A stretch of 56,075 bases of DNA, the filler included, from Rhizaria sp. SCN 62-66 (taxonomy: Eukaryota): the NCBI GenBank assembly GCA_001724265.1. It is 4 parts of 4 records of this genome, joined end to end, with 100 filler letters (N's around TTAATTAATTAA, not from the genome) between each part and the next. Parts side by side here need not be neighbours in the genome. Positions count along the whole stretch, not along the records: positions 14,262 to 38,738 come from MEDY01000708.1; 3 more parts are not named here. One strand, 5' to 3'. A model generated the notes under the pieces. It ran no database searches. It worked only from the letters and a program-made list of their open reading frames with translations, and had not been told where the DNA came from. Shown one piece after another: positions 22,041 to 32,577 of the stretch (position 1 is its first letter; each line of letters opens with the position of its first letter). Both the position numbers and the translations under genes were made by a program.

Positions 22041-24875
22041 ATGCGTTTCACGATTGGCGACCCCGGCCTGGAGGTTATCTTCCCGTATGACTACATCTAC
22101 CCCGAGCAGAAGGACTTCATCGAGCACGTCTACCGCACCCTCGTCCAGTCCCGTCTCGGCTCCGGCGCCGAGAACACCGGCGCGCACTGCGTCATCGAGA
22201 TGCCCACCGGTACGGGCAAGACGGTCTCGATGTTGTCCGTGTTGCTGGCGTACCAGTACAAGTACCCGGACGTGGGCAAGATCGTCTACTGCACGCGCAC
22301 AGTGCCCGAGATGACCAAAGCGCTCGAAGAGCTCAAGCACCTCGTCGCTTACCGCGAGCGCGAGATCCTCGCCGACCAGGCCGCGTACCGCCGCGCGTAC
22401 CCGCACCTGTTCACTGAAGACGCCCTTGCGCGCGCCTCTGCGGCCTCGGTCGCTGCGGCCGCCACCCGCGACGCCGGCGCCGCGTCCTCGCTGCAGCAGC
22501 AGCAGCAGGCGCTGACCGTGGGCGTGGATATTGCGGACCCGGCCGTGATGCGCTCGCCGAGCATCCTGGGCGTGTGCCTCAGTTCGCGCCGCAACATGTG
22601 CATCCACCCCGTCGTCGCGCAGTTCGACCACCAGGAACGCGTCGATACGCTCTGCCGCACGATGACTGCACACTTTGTCCGCGAAAAGAAGCGCGACAAG
22701 CTCGCGCGCGACCGCGGCAGCTTTCCCACCAGCGGCGCTCACAGCACCACGACGGCGCACTCAGACAACAGTCCCCGTCTCAGTACGAGTGCGAGCGCCA
22801 ATTCAGTGCCGCAGCCGGTGCCTGGCGCCAGCTGCGGCTCTTGCGCCAACAACGCCAGCTGCAGCAGTGGCGGCTCCAGTGCGGGCGCGCCGCTGCGGCC
22901 GACGGGCGGCAGCACGAGCGCGACCGGCGGCGCGGGCGCGGGCACGGTCCCGGCGCCTCTGCCTGACTTGGAAGAGCTTGACCGGGTGGGGCTGTGCTCG
23001 GCGTACGAGAACCTCGAGGCGAACGGACAGGACCTCGCGCTGACGGGCGTGTACACTATCGGTGACCTCAAGGCGCTGGGCACGGAAAAGCATTGGTGTC
23101 CTTACTTTGCGGCGCGGCGGCTGATCTCGGTGGCGGACGTCGTGGTGTACAACTACCACTACATGCTCGATCCGAAGATCGCGGGGCTGGTCAGCAAGGA
23201 CATAAGCAAGGACTCGATTGTGGTGTTTGACGAGGCGCACAACATCGATAACATCTGCATCGAGGCGTTGTCACTCACGCTTAACAAAGGTCTCATCTAC
23301 GCCGCCGGCCGTAGTCTTAACAAGCTACGGCATCTCACGCAGGAAGCCGAGGCGAATAACAACAAGCGGCTGAATGACGAGTACCAACAGCTGCTGAGCT
23401 CGATGACGGCGTCCTCTGCCATCTCGGAGGACGTCGCGCGCCTCGCGGCCTCGCCAATTTTGCCCACGGACATGCCCGCCGACGCGATCCCGGGCTCGAT
23501 CCGCCGCGCTAAGCACTTCATCTTGTTTCTGAAGACGTTTGTTGAGTACCTCAAGGCCAAGATCGACGGCAAGGAAGTCAAGTCGCAGACGCCGCCGGCG
23601 TTTTTCCTCGACTACGAGCGCGAGACCAAGGTGGCTGATGTGACAGGGCTGCAACACTCGGTGGACCGGCTCTCACTGCTGCTTAGCACGCTCGAGGTCG
23701 CCGACATGGACGAGTTCACGCCGCTGATGAAGATCTGCTCGTTTGGCGCACTGGCCGCGACGTACGCGGAGGGATTCGTGGTGCTGTTTGAGCCCGTCGA
23801 CGACCACGGACTGGCGGACCCGCGGCTGATGCTTTGCTGCGTCGACGCCGCGCTGGCGATTCGCCCCGTGTTTAGCAAATACCGCTCCGTGATAATCATG
23901 TCTGGCACGCTGTCGCCGCTGGATATGTACCCCAAGATGCTTGATTTCCGCCCCGCTGTGGCCGAGTCGTTGACCATGTCACTGTCGCGCGCGCTCGTGC
24001 TGCCGCTGGTTGTGTCCAAGGGCAACGACCAAAACCCGATCACGACGTCGTTCAGCGCGCGCGAGGACAAGTCGATCACGACCAACTACGGCGGGCTCGT
24101 CTTTGCGCTCGCGTCGAACGTGCCCGACGGCGTCGTGGTCTTCTTCCCGTCGTACAGCTACATGGAGCGCATGGTGACGCAGTGGCATGCGTTGGGCATC
24201 CTGAGCAAGATCGGCGAGCGCAAGCTCATTTTTCTCGAGACCAAGGACATCGAGGAGACGACACTCGCGCTCGCGGCGTACAAGAAGGCTTGTATGTCCG
24301 GCCGCGGAGGCATCTTCATGTCTATTGCGCGTGGCAAGGTCGCCGAAGGCATCGACTTCAGCGGTCCCCTCGGCCGCGCCGTGGCGCTGATCGGCGTGCC
24401 GTACCAGTACACGCGGTCACGCGTACTGCTCGCGCGGCTTGAGTTCCTGCGCACCAAGCACGACATCTCCGAGAGCGACTTCCTGCACTTCGACGCGCTG
24501 CGGCAGGCGTCACAGTGCCTGGGCCGCATCGTCCGCAGCAAGAGCGACTACGGACTCATGGTGTTCGCGGACCTGCGGTACTCGCGACAGGACATGCGGC
24601 GCAAGCTGCCGCGGTGGATCCAGCAGTTCATGCTACCCGAAAACCTGTCGGTGTCGACCGAGGCCGCGATGCACGCCGCGCGCGGGTTCCTGCTCAAGAT
24701 GGCGCAGCCGCATAACAAGGCCGAAGACCTGGGCACCATTCTGCTGTCTGAGGAGCAGGTCAACGCGCGCATCAGGGCCGACAACGCCGCTAGGGACCTC
24801 CACGGTATTGCTAACGCCAATGCTATTGCCAGTGTGAACTCGAACCACGAGGTCAAAGCGATGGTGGACGAGTAA
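22041..24875 (+). CDS. XPD: TFIIH helicase subunit XPD (Rad3/ERCC2), 944 aa, intronless
   Basis: N-terminal FPYDYIYPEQ, Walker A EMPTGTGKT, YCTRTVPEM, 4Fe-4S ligands (MCIHP, LCRTMT, LCSAYEN, WCPYF), FDEAHNIDNICIE, SGTLSPLDMYPKML, RGKVAEGIDF, QCLGRIVRSKSDYG. Confidence 0.97.
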   Translation: MRFTIGDPGLEVIFPYDYIYPEQKDFIEHVYRTLVQSRLGSGAENTGAHCVIEMPTGTGKTVSMLSVLLAYQYKYPDVGKIVYCTRTVPEMTKALEELKHLVAYREREILADQAAYRRAYPHLFTEDALARASAASVAAAATRDAGAASSLQQQQQALTVGVDIADPAVMRSPSILGVCLSSRRNMCIHPVVAQFDHQERVDTLCRTMTAHFVREKKRDKLARDRGSFPTSGAHSTTTAHSDNSPRLSTSASANSVPQPVPGASCGSCANNASCSSGGSSAGAPLRPTGGSTSATGGAGAGTVPAPLPDLEELDRVGLCSAYENLEANGQDLALTGVYTIGDLKALGTEKHWCPYFAARRLISVADVVVYNYHYMLDPKIAGLVSKDISKDSIVVFDEAHNIDNICIEALSLTLNKGLIYAAGRSLNKLRHLTQEAEANNNKRLNDEYQQLLSSMTASSAISEDVARLAASPILPTDMPADAIPGSIRRAKHFILFLKTFVEYLKAKIDGKEVKSQTPPAFFLDYERETKVADVTGLQHSVDRLSLLLSTLEVADMDEFTPLMKICSFGALAATYAEGFVVLFEPVDDHGLADPRLMLCCVDAALAIRPVFSKYRSVIIMSGTLSPLDMYPKMLDFRPAVAESLTMSLSRALVLPLVVSKGNDQNPITTSFSAREDKSITTNYGGLVFALASNVPDGVVVFFPSYSYMERMVTQWHALGILSKIGERKLIFLETKDIEETTLALAAYKKACMSGRGGIFMSIARGKVAEGIDFSGPLGRAVALIGVPYQYTRSRVLLARLEFLRTKHDISESDFLHFDALRQASQCLGRIVRSKSDYGLMVFADLRYSRQDMRRKLPRWIQQFMLPENLSVSTEAAMHAARGFLLKMAQPHNKAEDLGTILLSEEQVNARIRADNAARDLHGIANANAIASVNSNHEVKAMVDE

Positions 24876-25207
24876 ATGCCCAAGTAGCAGCTCCATTTGT
24901 GATCAACCCTTGATGTCTGGCGACAGGATTTTGTTTCGATTAGTGTAAAAAAAAACACACATATTTCAAAATGATTACTTAGACTTTTTATTTTAAGACT
25001 TTTTCTTTCACTCTTGGACGAGCACGAACACATGTAGTTTTATGATGGCTTAGTTTAATACACACGACTGTACGTTCACTAGTATCAATTCAAACTAGTA
25101 AGATGAAGACTAATAGTTGAACTTTGTATTTAAATAAGAATAAATTAAGCTGTTTGTGATGTTTGACTTTAAATAATAGTTGCAGCGTGCTCCGAGTCCT
25201 CTCCATC

Positions 25208-28200
25208 CTAAATGCTCTGGTCGTAGTAGGACCCGTCATTGCCGTCTTCCTTGTTGTGCCCATCGGCCGACACCACTGCGTTGTCCGTCGTCCGGTTCAT
25301 CGCCGGCGCGCCGACCAGCGCGGCCAGCGGGTCCGCCGCCACGCGGTAGTCGCGCACGACGCCGTACAGCGCCTCAGCCGCCAGCGCCGCGGCGTCCGCA
25401 CTCGTCGCGTCGCCGCCGCTGCCGCCGTTGCTGCCTCTTGCGGCGGCCGCGGCGCTGGCACGGTGAGTGGCGAGAACAATCGCGCGCGGGATGCCTGGCA
25501 CCACGGCGCGCGGCCGCAGCCCGGTCCACTGGAGGATGTTCTTAAGGTCTTCGCGCTCCACCGGCGCGTCCACCTCAATCTCCATCTCATCCACCGTGGC
25601 AGCGCTCTTGCTGTTCTTGCTGTTATGATTGCTGTTGAGCTGAGGCTGCTTGCGGAGCGTGCTGCGTGCGGCGCGCGGGAGCAGAGGGCCCGCGGCGGCG
25701 ACGCGCGCGGCGTTGCGCGTGGGCGTGGCAAGCCCGTACTTCTCATCGTCGGCGTGCACGATGTCGTCGAGCAGGTGCTCCACGCGGTACACGTCCTCGA
25801 TCTTGCTCGCAACGACGCGGAAACGCGCGACTTGCATCAGAAGCGCGTCGCCCAGCGCGCGCTGCTTCTGCGCCCACGCACCAAGCGCAGCGTTGGTCGT
25901 CTCAACCGACTCTGCAGCAGTGGCGGACGCAGTGGTGGCAGCAGCGGTATCAGCGGCGTCAGCAGCGGCGAGGACGACTGTGGCGAGGTCCTCAACGACC
26001 TGGGCCATGACCGGCGATGGAAGGAGCCCCAGCGCCGCGGCCTCTGTCGCCAGCGGGTCGCGCAGCCCCGCCAGCGGCGTATGCTCACCCGACAGCACCG
26101 GCGGCGCGCGCTTCGCACTCCCACCGTCAACACGGCCGTCGCCAGCAGTGTTGAGCGAGACGAGTGACTGCGAGCGGTCGAAGTCGGCGGCCTCGCGCGC
26201 AAACAGCCACGCCGCGTGCGCGCGCTCCATCGCGTCGCCCCAGTCGGCGAGCGCGCGGACGGCGTGCGCGGGGGCCTGTGCGGCGAGGGCGGCGCGGAAC
26301 AGCGTCCAGTAGTCGACGGCCGCGAGCTCCACCACGGCCGCCGCGAACGTCGTTGGGCGCGCCCAAGGCATCACCGCGCTCGCACTGCTGCTGCTGGCGC
26401 TGTTGCTGTTGGTGCTGTTGCAGTCGTTCTGCTGTGGGATGAGGCCGGCCTCGCGGGCGGTGACGCGGACTTCACGCCCGTGGACAGCGCTCGCGTACGC
26501 GTTGGCCTGCTCGGTGAAGCACAGCGACAGCTCACCGAGGCTCTTGGCGACGTCAGCCATCGCGAACGGCACGCCCGGCATCGACAGACGAGCCGCGCCG
26601 AAGCCGCACAGCGACACGGGCGGAAGCATCACGTTCTTAGCGTTCTTGGCGCTGTTGGCGATCGCGGCGGTGACGCCGGAGACGACTGCGGCCGTGGGTG
26701 TGAGTGTGTCGTCCAGCGACGCGCGCGACGCGGACATCGCGCTCGCGGCGTGCGCGTACAAGTACAGACCCGCACGCAGGTCCTTCGCGGCCGCGGCCAG
26801 CTTCACCGTCGCGCCCACACTGGCGGCGCTCGAGTTGCTCCCGTGACCGTTCACGACGGGGCGGAGCGTGGAGACGAACTTGAGCAGGTCGGTGACGACA
26901 GCGTTGCGCGAGAGCTGCCCGCGGTGCTCGACCTCCTTGCCCGTCGACGGCTCGAGCTGGCCGGGCAGCAACCTGCGCGCGCGCGCCCCGGCGCCGGCGC
27001 CGTCGACGGGCAGCGCGGGCAGCCCAAGCGCGAGCGCGGCGAGGTACGGCAGCGCGAGGTCGGGTCGCGGCGAGGACGTAAGCAGCGTGCGCGCGACGGC
27101 CGCCACGGTCGCGGGCGCGAGGACGCCACGCATCGCCATCTCGGCCAGCACGGCGTCGACCAGTAGCGGGCCCGCGGCCACCGGCGCGCCGACGGCGAGC
27201 GAGACCTCGTGCGCGCGGAGGCTGCCCGCGCCGCTGTGGGGGTACATAAACCCGAGCGCGGGCGCGCGGCCCAACGCCAGAGCCAGCGCGGGGAAGCGCA
27301 CGGCGTCCTCGCGGGACAGCGCGGCCGCGCGCGGGGCGAGCTTCGCGATGACCTGCTGCGCGGACGCTGGCGGGTTGTACTGCGCGCCGACAAGCGCCAC
27401 GGCGTCGGCGTGCGTGCGGCGCGCGCGCGGCAGCACCACGGGCACCGCTCTCAAGGCAACCGCCCCCGTCGCAGTAGCCGCCCCGCTGTGGTTGCTGTGT
27501 GTGTGTGTGTGGTTGCTGGGGGGCGCGGAGGCGGCGGCGGCGCGCGTGAGCGCGATGAGCGTCGAGTGGTAGTTGAGCGTGCGCGGCTGAACGTCCGCGG
27601 CCTCGAGGAACTGTCGCTGCTTGGCCTCGGCGAGCGGAGACGCGAAGTGGACGTTGCCGAGGATGTTGGCGAGCGCGGGCGACGACAGCAGAGGCACCGT
27701 GGCCAGCGTGCGCGCGTGTGCCGACTGCTTCGGGGCCAATGCCGCGGCGACGAGCTCCGCGGCCGACGCGTCCTCGCTCGAGCCAGGGATGAGCGCGCCT
27801 GACCCGGCGGCGGCACCGCCGGTACGCGAGGCGGAACCGGTGGGACTGATGAGGCCCGCGGCGACGGCGCGCTCAACGGCTGCGGACGCCTTCTTGGTGC
27901 GGAAACGCAGTGCAGTGAGTGCGGCCGCGGCGGTGGCGACCCGCGGCGCCAACCAATCCTCGCTCGGCACGCTGCTGCTGTTGTTGCTGCTGCTGTGAGA
28001 GTTTGCCGCTGCGGCGGTCTTGTAGTCGGCCTCGGGGACGACGGGGAGGCCGAGCAGCGCGCAGAGCCGCGGTTGCGCGACAGCGTAGCGCGCGGCGGCC
28101 TCGAGTGACCACGGCACGTCGCGCGGCAGCGGGCGCGCGGAAGGCAGCGCGGAGCCCAGCATCGCCGCCGCCACGGTCTCCTCGCTCTCAGCCTCCTGCA

Positions 28201-31200
28201 TGCCGCCACTAAAGACGCCGCCGCCGCCGCCGCGCTTGTGGCCACCGCCGCGCTTGTGGGCGAGCGACTGCGCGGTCCAGTGAGCCTGAGCCTGAGACTG
28301 AGACTGAGGCTGACGCTGAGGCTGAGGCTGAGGCTCCGGTGCTGGGGAGCGCGACTGGTAATAGTATGCGTCCTTGTCAAAGAAGGGCGCGATCACAGGC
28401 CGGCCGCCGAGCACATCATGCTCAAGCTCCCAGCCCAGCTGCAGCATTAGCCCGCTGTTATCAGCGCCAGCAGGTGCAGTGGTCCTGGCATTACCGCTGC
28501 CAGAGCTGCTGCTGCTGCTGTTGTTGTGTTTGAGGAGGCCGACCATGGGTCCGCAGAGACGAAGCCGCTGGTCGACGGTGATCGCCCCCGCCCCCGCCCC
28601 CGCGGCCGCAGCGTGGGCCGCCACGTATGTCTGCGCCTGCTCCGCGCTCGTTGCATCAAGCGCGACCCGGAGCCAGAACCCCACGGCCGCGCGGTCGCCG
28701 CGCACGGCAGCGTGGCGCATGAGGCCTTCGAACCCGCGGTAGTCAAGACACTGGCGCACGCGCGCGGACCCCAGCGCGCGCAGCAGGTCCTCGGCGGGGT
28801 GGAGACTCTCGGCCAGGGACGCCAGCGCCGGGGTCGCAAGCAGGGACAGCGACGCGGTAACGTAGGACGACACGCCGTCGCCAGCGGCGCGGCCCTCGGT
28901 GGCGGCCACCCACACCGCGTCGCCCTCGGACGGCACTTTGACCGCGAACAACTCGTTGGTAGAGACACTCGCATCACTAGCCGTCGCAGTGGACTTGAGG
29001 AGTTGGCGGCGGCGCTCGAGTTCCGCGGGGACGGCGGCGGGCGAAACGCCGAGGACTGTGGCGGCGCGGGCGGTCACTGTGGCCGGCAGCGGCGAAGACA
29101 GGTCCCAGGGCGCGACCGTCGCGGCGGTGACCGCGGCGGCCGTGGCGGGCGCGCCGCCGCGCATGGTGTAGAGCGTCGAATGCAGTGGGACCGTGCTTGC
29201 GAGCAGGAGCGTGCCCACATCAGCCGCGCTCAGCTCACCAAGCGCGCCTTCCGCTGGCCCCGAGCTCTCATCACCCTGGTTTACAGTGGAGTGAGCGTTA
29301 TTGGTATTGACGAGTCCCATGAGCATCTTAAGTGCGAGAACGCTCGCACCGGGCAGCTGCATCATAATCGCGCACGCACACGCCGCGATCTCCCCCGTAA
29401 GCGTCATGCCGACCCGCTGCATGTCCTGCGCCAGCCATAGCACGTTGCCGGGGGTCAGTGTCTCGAGCCGTGTCTCAGCGCCCACCGCCGCGGGCGTCTG
29501 CGAGAACAGCGGATGTGCCGCCACGCCGGTTTCAACGGCCCGCAGCGCGGAGGCCGGCAGTTGCAGCCCGTGCGCGATGTGGTTCTCCTCGACGGCGGCG
29601 AGCACAAGCCGCCGCGCTGCCGCGCCGAGCGCGTGGTTGCGCAGCGAGAGCTCGTTGACGCGCAGCAGGTTCCGCAGCACGCCCGCGACGACCTTAGCGC
29701 GGTAGTGCGCCGTGAACGCCTTGCCACTGCGCAGAACGTCGTACACTTCCTTGAGCTGCGCGAAGTCGCGGGAGCGCGCGGCGAGCTCGGCGCGCGCCTC
29801 AAGCGCCACGGCGCCGAGCTCCATTTTGAGCGGGACACGCGCGGTAAGCGCGGCTGAGGCGTGCACGGCGTCGGCCTCGGTCTGCTGCGCCTGGTAGAGG
29901 TAGTTGTGCTTGAGCGAGCCCTTGAAGGAGCTGTTGCGGGCGTTGACCTCGATCAGGTCCGACTCGCGCAGCGGCGCGGTCTGGTACAGCCGCTCTAGCG
30001 CCGCGCCCCAGCGGGCCGCGCGCGCGAGATCGCCGGCGTTGGCCGCGATCTCCTGCGCGTGGCGCAGCGAGGCCGCGGGAACCGCTGGGAACACGTGGGG
30101 GGCCTCGACGGCGAAAGTGCGCAGCTCCTCGATGGCGATCTCGAGCAGCTCGATCGACCGCGTGCGGAGCGCGGCGAGCACGAAGGCTTCGTGGACGTCC
30201 GCAGCGAGGCGCCACCACAGGTCGCGCATCGCGAAGGTCTCCTCGCGCGGCCGGCGCGGGTAGCCCTCGACCGAGAGTTCCTCCCGGGTACGCAGCTCCG
30301 CTAGCGCGTCGGCGTACTGCTCGGCGTTGCGGATCGCAACGAACAGCGCGTGCGCGTGCCGGGCTGCGCGCGCGAAGTCGCCCTGCTCCAGGCACGACGA
30401 GATGAAACCGGAGATCGAGTCCAGGTACAGGGCCTGCGGAGATGGGAAAAAAACATAATAGAGTTTGATATGTTAATATGCGAGTTTTGAGTTGGAATTA
30501 TTAGGAATGAGCGATAACACAACAAGACACGTTCAAGTAAATTTATGGTATAGTTGGCCGCTATTATATCGAGATATATGCGTTGTCGCGTTTTTGCGTA
30601 CCTGGTCAGGGCGGCGGTAGAGCGAGGGCGCGAGACGGGGCAAGAACTTGCTGGCGCCACCCTCGCCAAACGCCGTGGCGGGCTGGAACAGAAACGGCTG
30701 GAAGCGGACGACCGTGGGCGCCGTGGTGAACGCCTCCGACGCGTGCATGACGATGGGGTCGAGGTAGTAGAGCCCCGGGTGAGTGCAGTTGGCAAACTGG
30801 GCGAGAACCTGCCGCGGCGAGCGCGCGTTCTCGAAGCCGAAAAGCTGGCGCCGCACCGTCCGCGCGGGCTCCGAGTCTGCGAACCTGAGCACGGCGGCGT
30901 CGCGCAGGAGCAAGATCTCCTCCTCAGCGCGCGCGAGGTCGCCGCAGACAGAGTAGAGCACGGCGCGCGCAGCGGCGACGACGAGGTCAACTGACGGCAC
31001 GTCGTCAGGGTGGCGGTCCAGCGGCACGAACACCAGGCTGCGCGCGGCGGCCTCGTAGTAGAGCGCGACGACGCGCTGGAACAAGGGCTCGTCGCCGGTC
31101 CGTGCGACCGCGAAGAACGCCCCTCGCCAGGTCGAAAACGGCAGTGACGCAACGGCGCTGCCGCCGCCGCCGCTGCGAAGCGAGTGGCGCAGTGAGAGCT

Positions 31201-32065
31201 CGACGAAGCGCCCCGCCGCAGGGCCGCCGAGGTCGCGGAGAGCCGTTGTGAAGGCGGTGACGATGCGCCGCCACGGGTGCGACGTCAGAGGCCGCGCAGA
31301 GGGGTCGTGGACCTTGTGCAGTACGGCCTCCCAAGCGCCGTAGAGGTCGTTACGCTGGAGGATGAGCTCCTCGATGCGCGCGAGCCACGGGCCCCAGTAG
31401 GCCTGCGCGGACGCGGCGGCGGCGGCGGCGTCGGGGTTGCTGTTGTACTGCGTGTTGCGCAGGGACGGGTTTGTTACGACAGCTGGGGAAGTCGGGGACA
31501 GGGGCGCGGTGGAGCGCGGTTGCGGCGTGCGCAGCCCACTCGGCACCAGAGATGACGACGACGATGCTCTGTTAGCGGCGCCGGCGCCGGGGGAGGAGAC
31601 GTGGGCGTACGGGTTCGGAGTCATGCGAGGGCGCAGGCTCTCCGCAGCAGCAGCAGAGACATCAGTGTCGGCGCCGGTGCCGGCGGTAAGAGCAAGCTTG
31701 GCCTCAAGGCGCTGCTTTTTGGCCTCTGCGATGGCGGCGGCGGCGGCGTTTGCGGCGACCTTGCGTGTACGGCGTTCAGCGCTCTTGGCAGAGGCCGCCT
31801 GCATGCTCTGCACTTTCTTGTTTAACAGCATGAACGCAGCGTTGCCCGTCGTGATGCCGCGCGCGGGTGCGCTCGTGACGGACGCAAATGCCGCGGAAGC
31901 GAAGGCGGATGTGGAGCTCGCAGTGGTGGACGCGGCGGCGACAGCGAAGGACGAGCCTGCTGTTGCGGAGGCGGAGGCGGCGGAGGCGGGCAGAGGGCCG
32001 GCGGCGACGAGACCCGCCAGGGAGCCGCCGGCGCGGAGAGTCTTGTCCAGACCCTTGCTCAACAT
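25208..32065 (-). CDS. Large (~2,229 aa) Ala-rich, helical uncharacterised protein with putative mitochondrial presequence; exons 32065-30602 and 30433-25208 (may extend to TAA at 25171-25169 if the TAG is read through)
   Basis: The intron at 30601-30434 joins the 510-aa and 1673-aa track ORFs in frame (YRRPDQ|ALYLDSISG). The N-terminus is Ala/Ser-rich, nearly free of acidic residues, and ends in ...SAPARGITT, like a processing-peptidase site. Gene model is solid; function and targeting are inference. Confidence 0.75.
30434..30601 (-). other. Spliceosomal intron, 168 nt, GTACGC...CAG, phase 0
   Basis: AT-rich island in GC-rich CDS; minus strand reads CAG|GTACGCAAAA...TTTTTCCCATCTCCGCAG|GCC. 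Confidence 0.9.
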
Positions 32066-32577
32066 CGGCGCTACAGTATCAGTGCGGTTATGGGTTTACT
32101 GGGATTGAGGGAACGGACGGCTGTGGGGAAGAGCGACAGCGAGCAAGTGCAGGCCACAAGAGTCGAAGTGAGGGCAAGAGACATGAATAATACGGCGGTA
32201 TAAAGTGATCCTGACGATTCCTAGTTCATTAACAGTTAGTTTGTAAGCGGACCGACTACGTGTGAGCGCAAAATGCGATTTGTCGGATGTATGACCACGT
32301 TTGCAAGGACTTTAGCGAGACGGACTTCGTCCAACTTCGGTCTGCAGTCGGTCGCAACTCTTTTTTCGGTCCTCAAACGGCCTCCCCTCCTCGTCGTAAC
32401 GGTTTCCAAAAAACGCATATGCAGCACTGCCATGATCGTCTGCACTTAAAGTTACGCCTATTTCCAGATATATTTTGAATTAATCTATGCATTATTCTTA
32501 TTATACCTCCAATTATCTTGATCTTCTTCTTCTTTGCGCGTAGTTCAGCACCCCAGTCCAAACTTACTTTCAGCTAG
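32066..32577. promoter_or_regulatory. Short divergent (head-to-head) intergenic region, candidate bidirectional promoter
   Basis: About 510 bp between the start codons at 32065 (-) and 32578 (+). No specific motif identified. Confidence 0.4.

Noticed and set aside
28281-28335. Hexamer repeats encoding PQPQ/SQSQ, plus (DKK)n near 33424-33465 and CAG/GCG tracts
   Set aside because: Ordinary coding microsatellites, covered by the low-complexity expansion finding.
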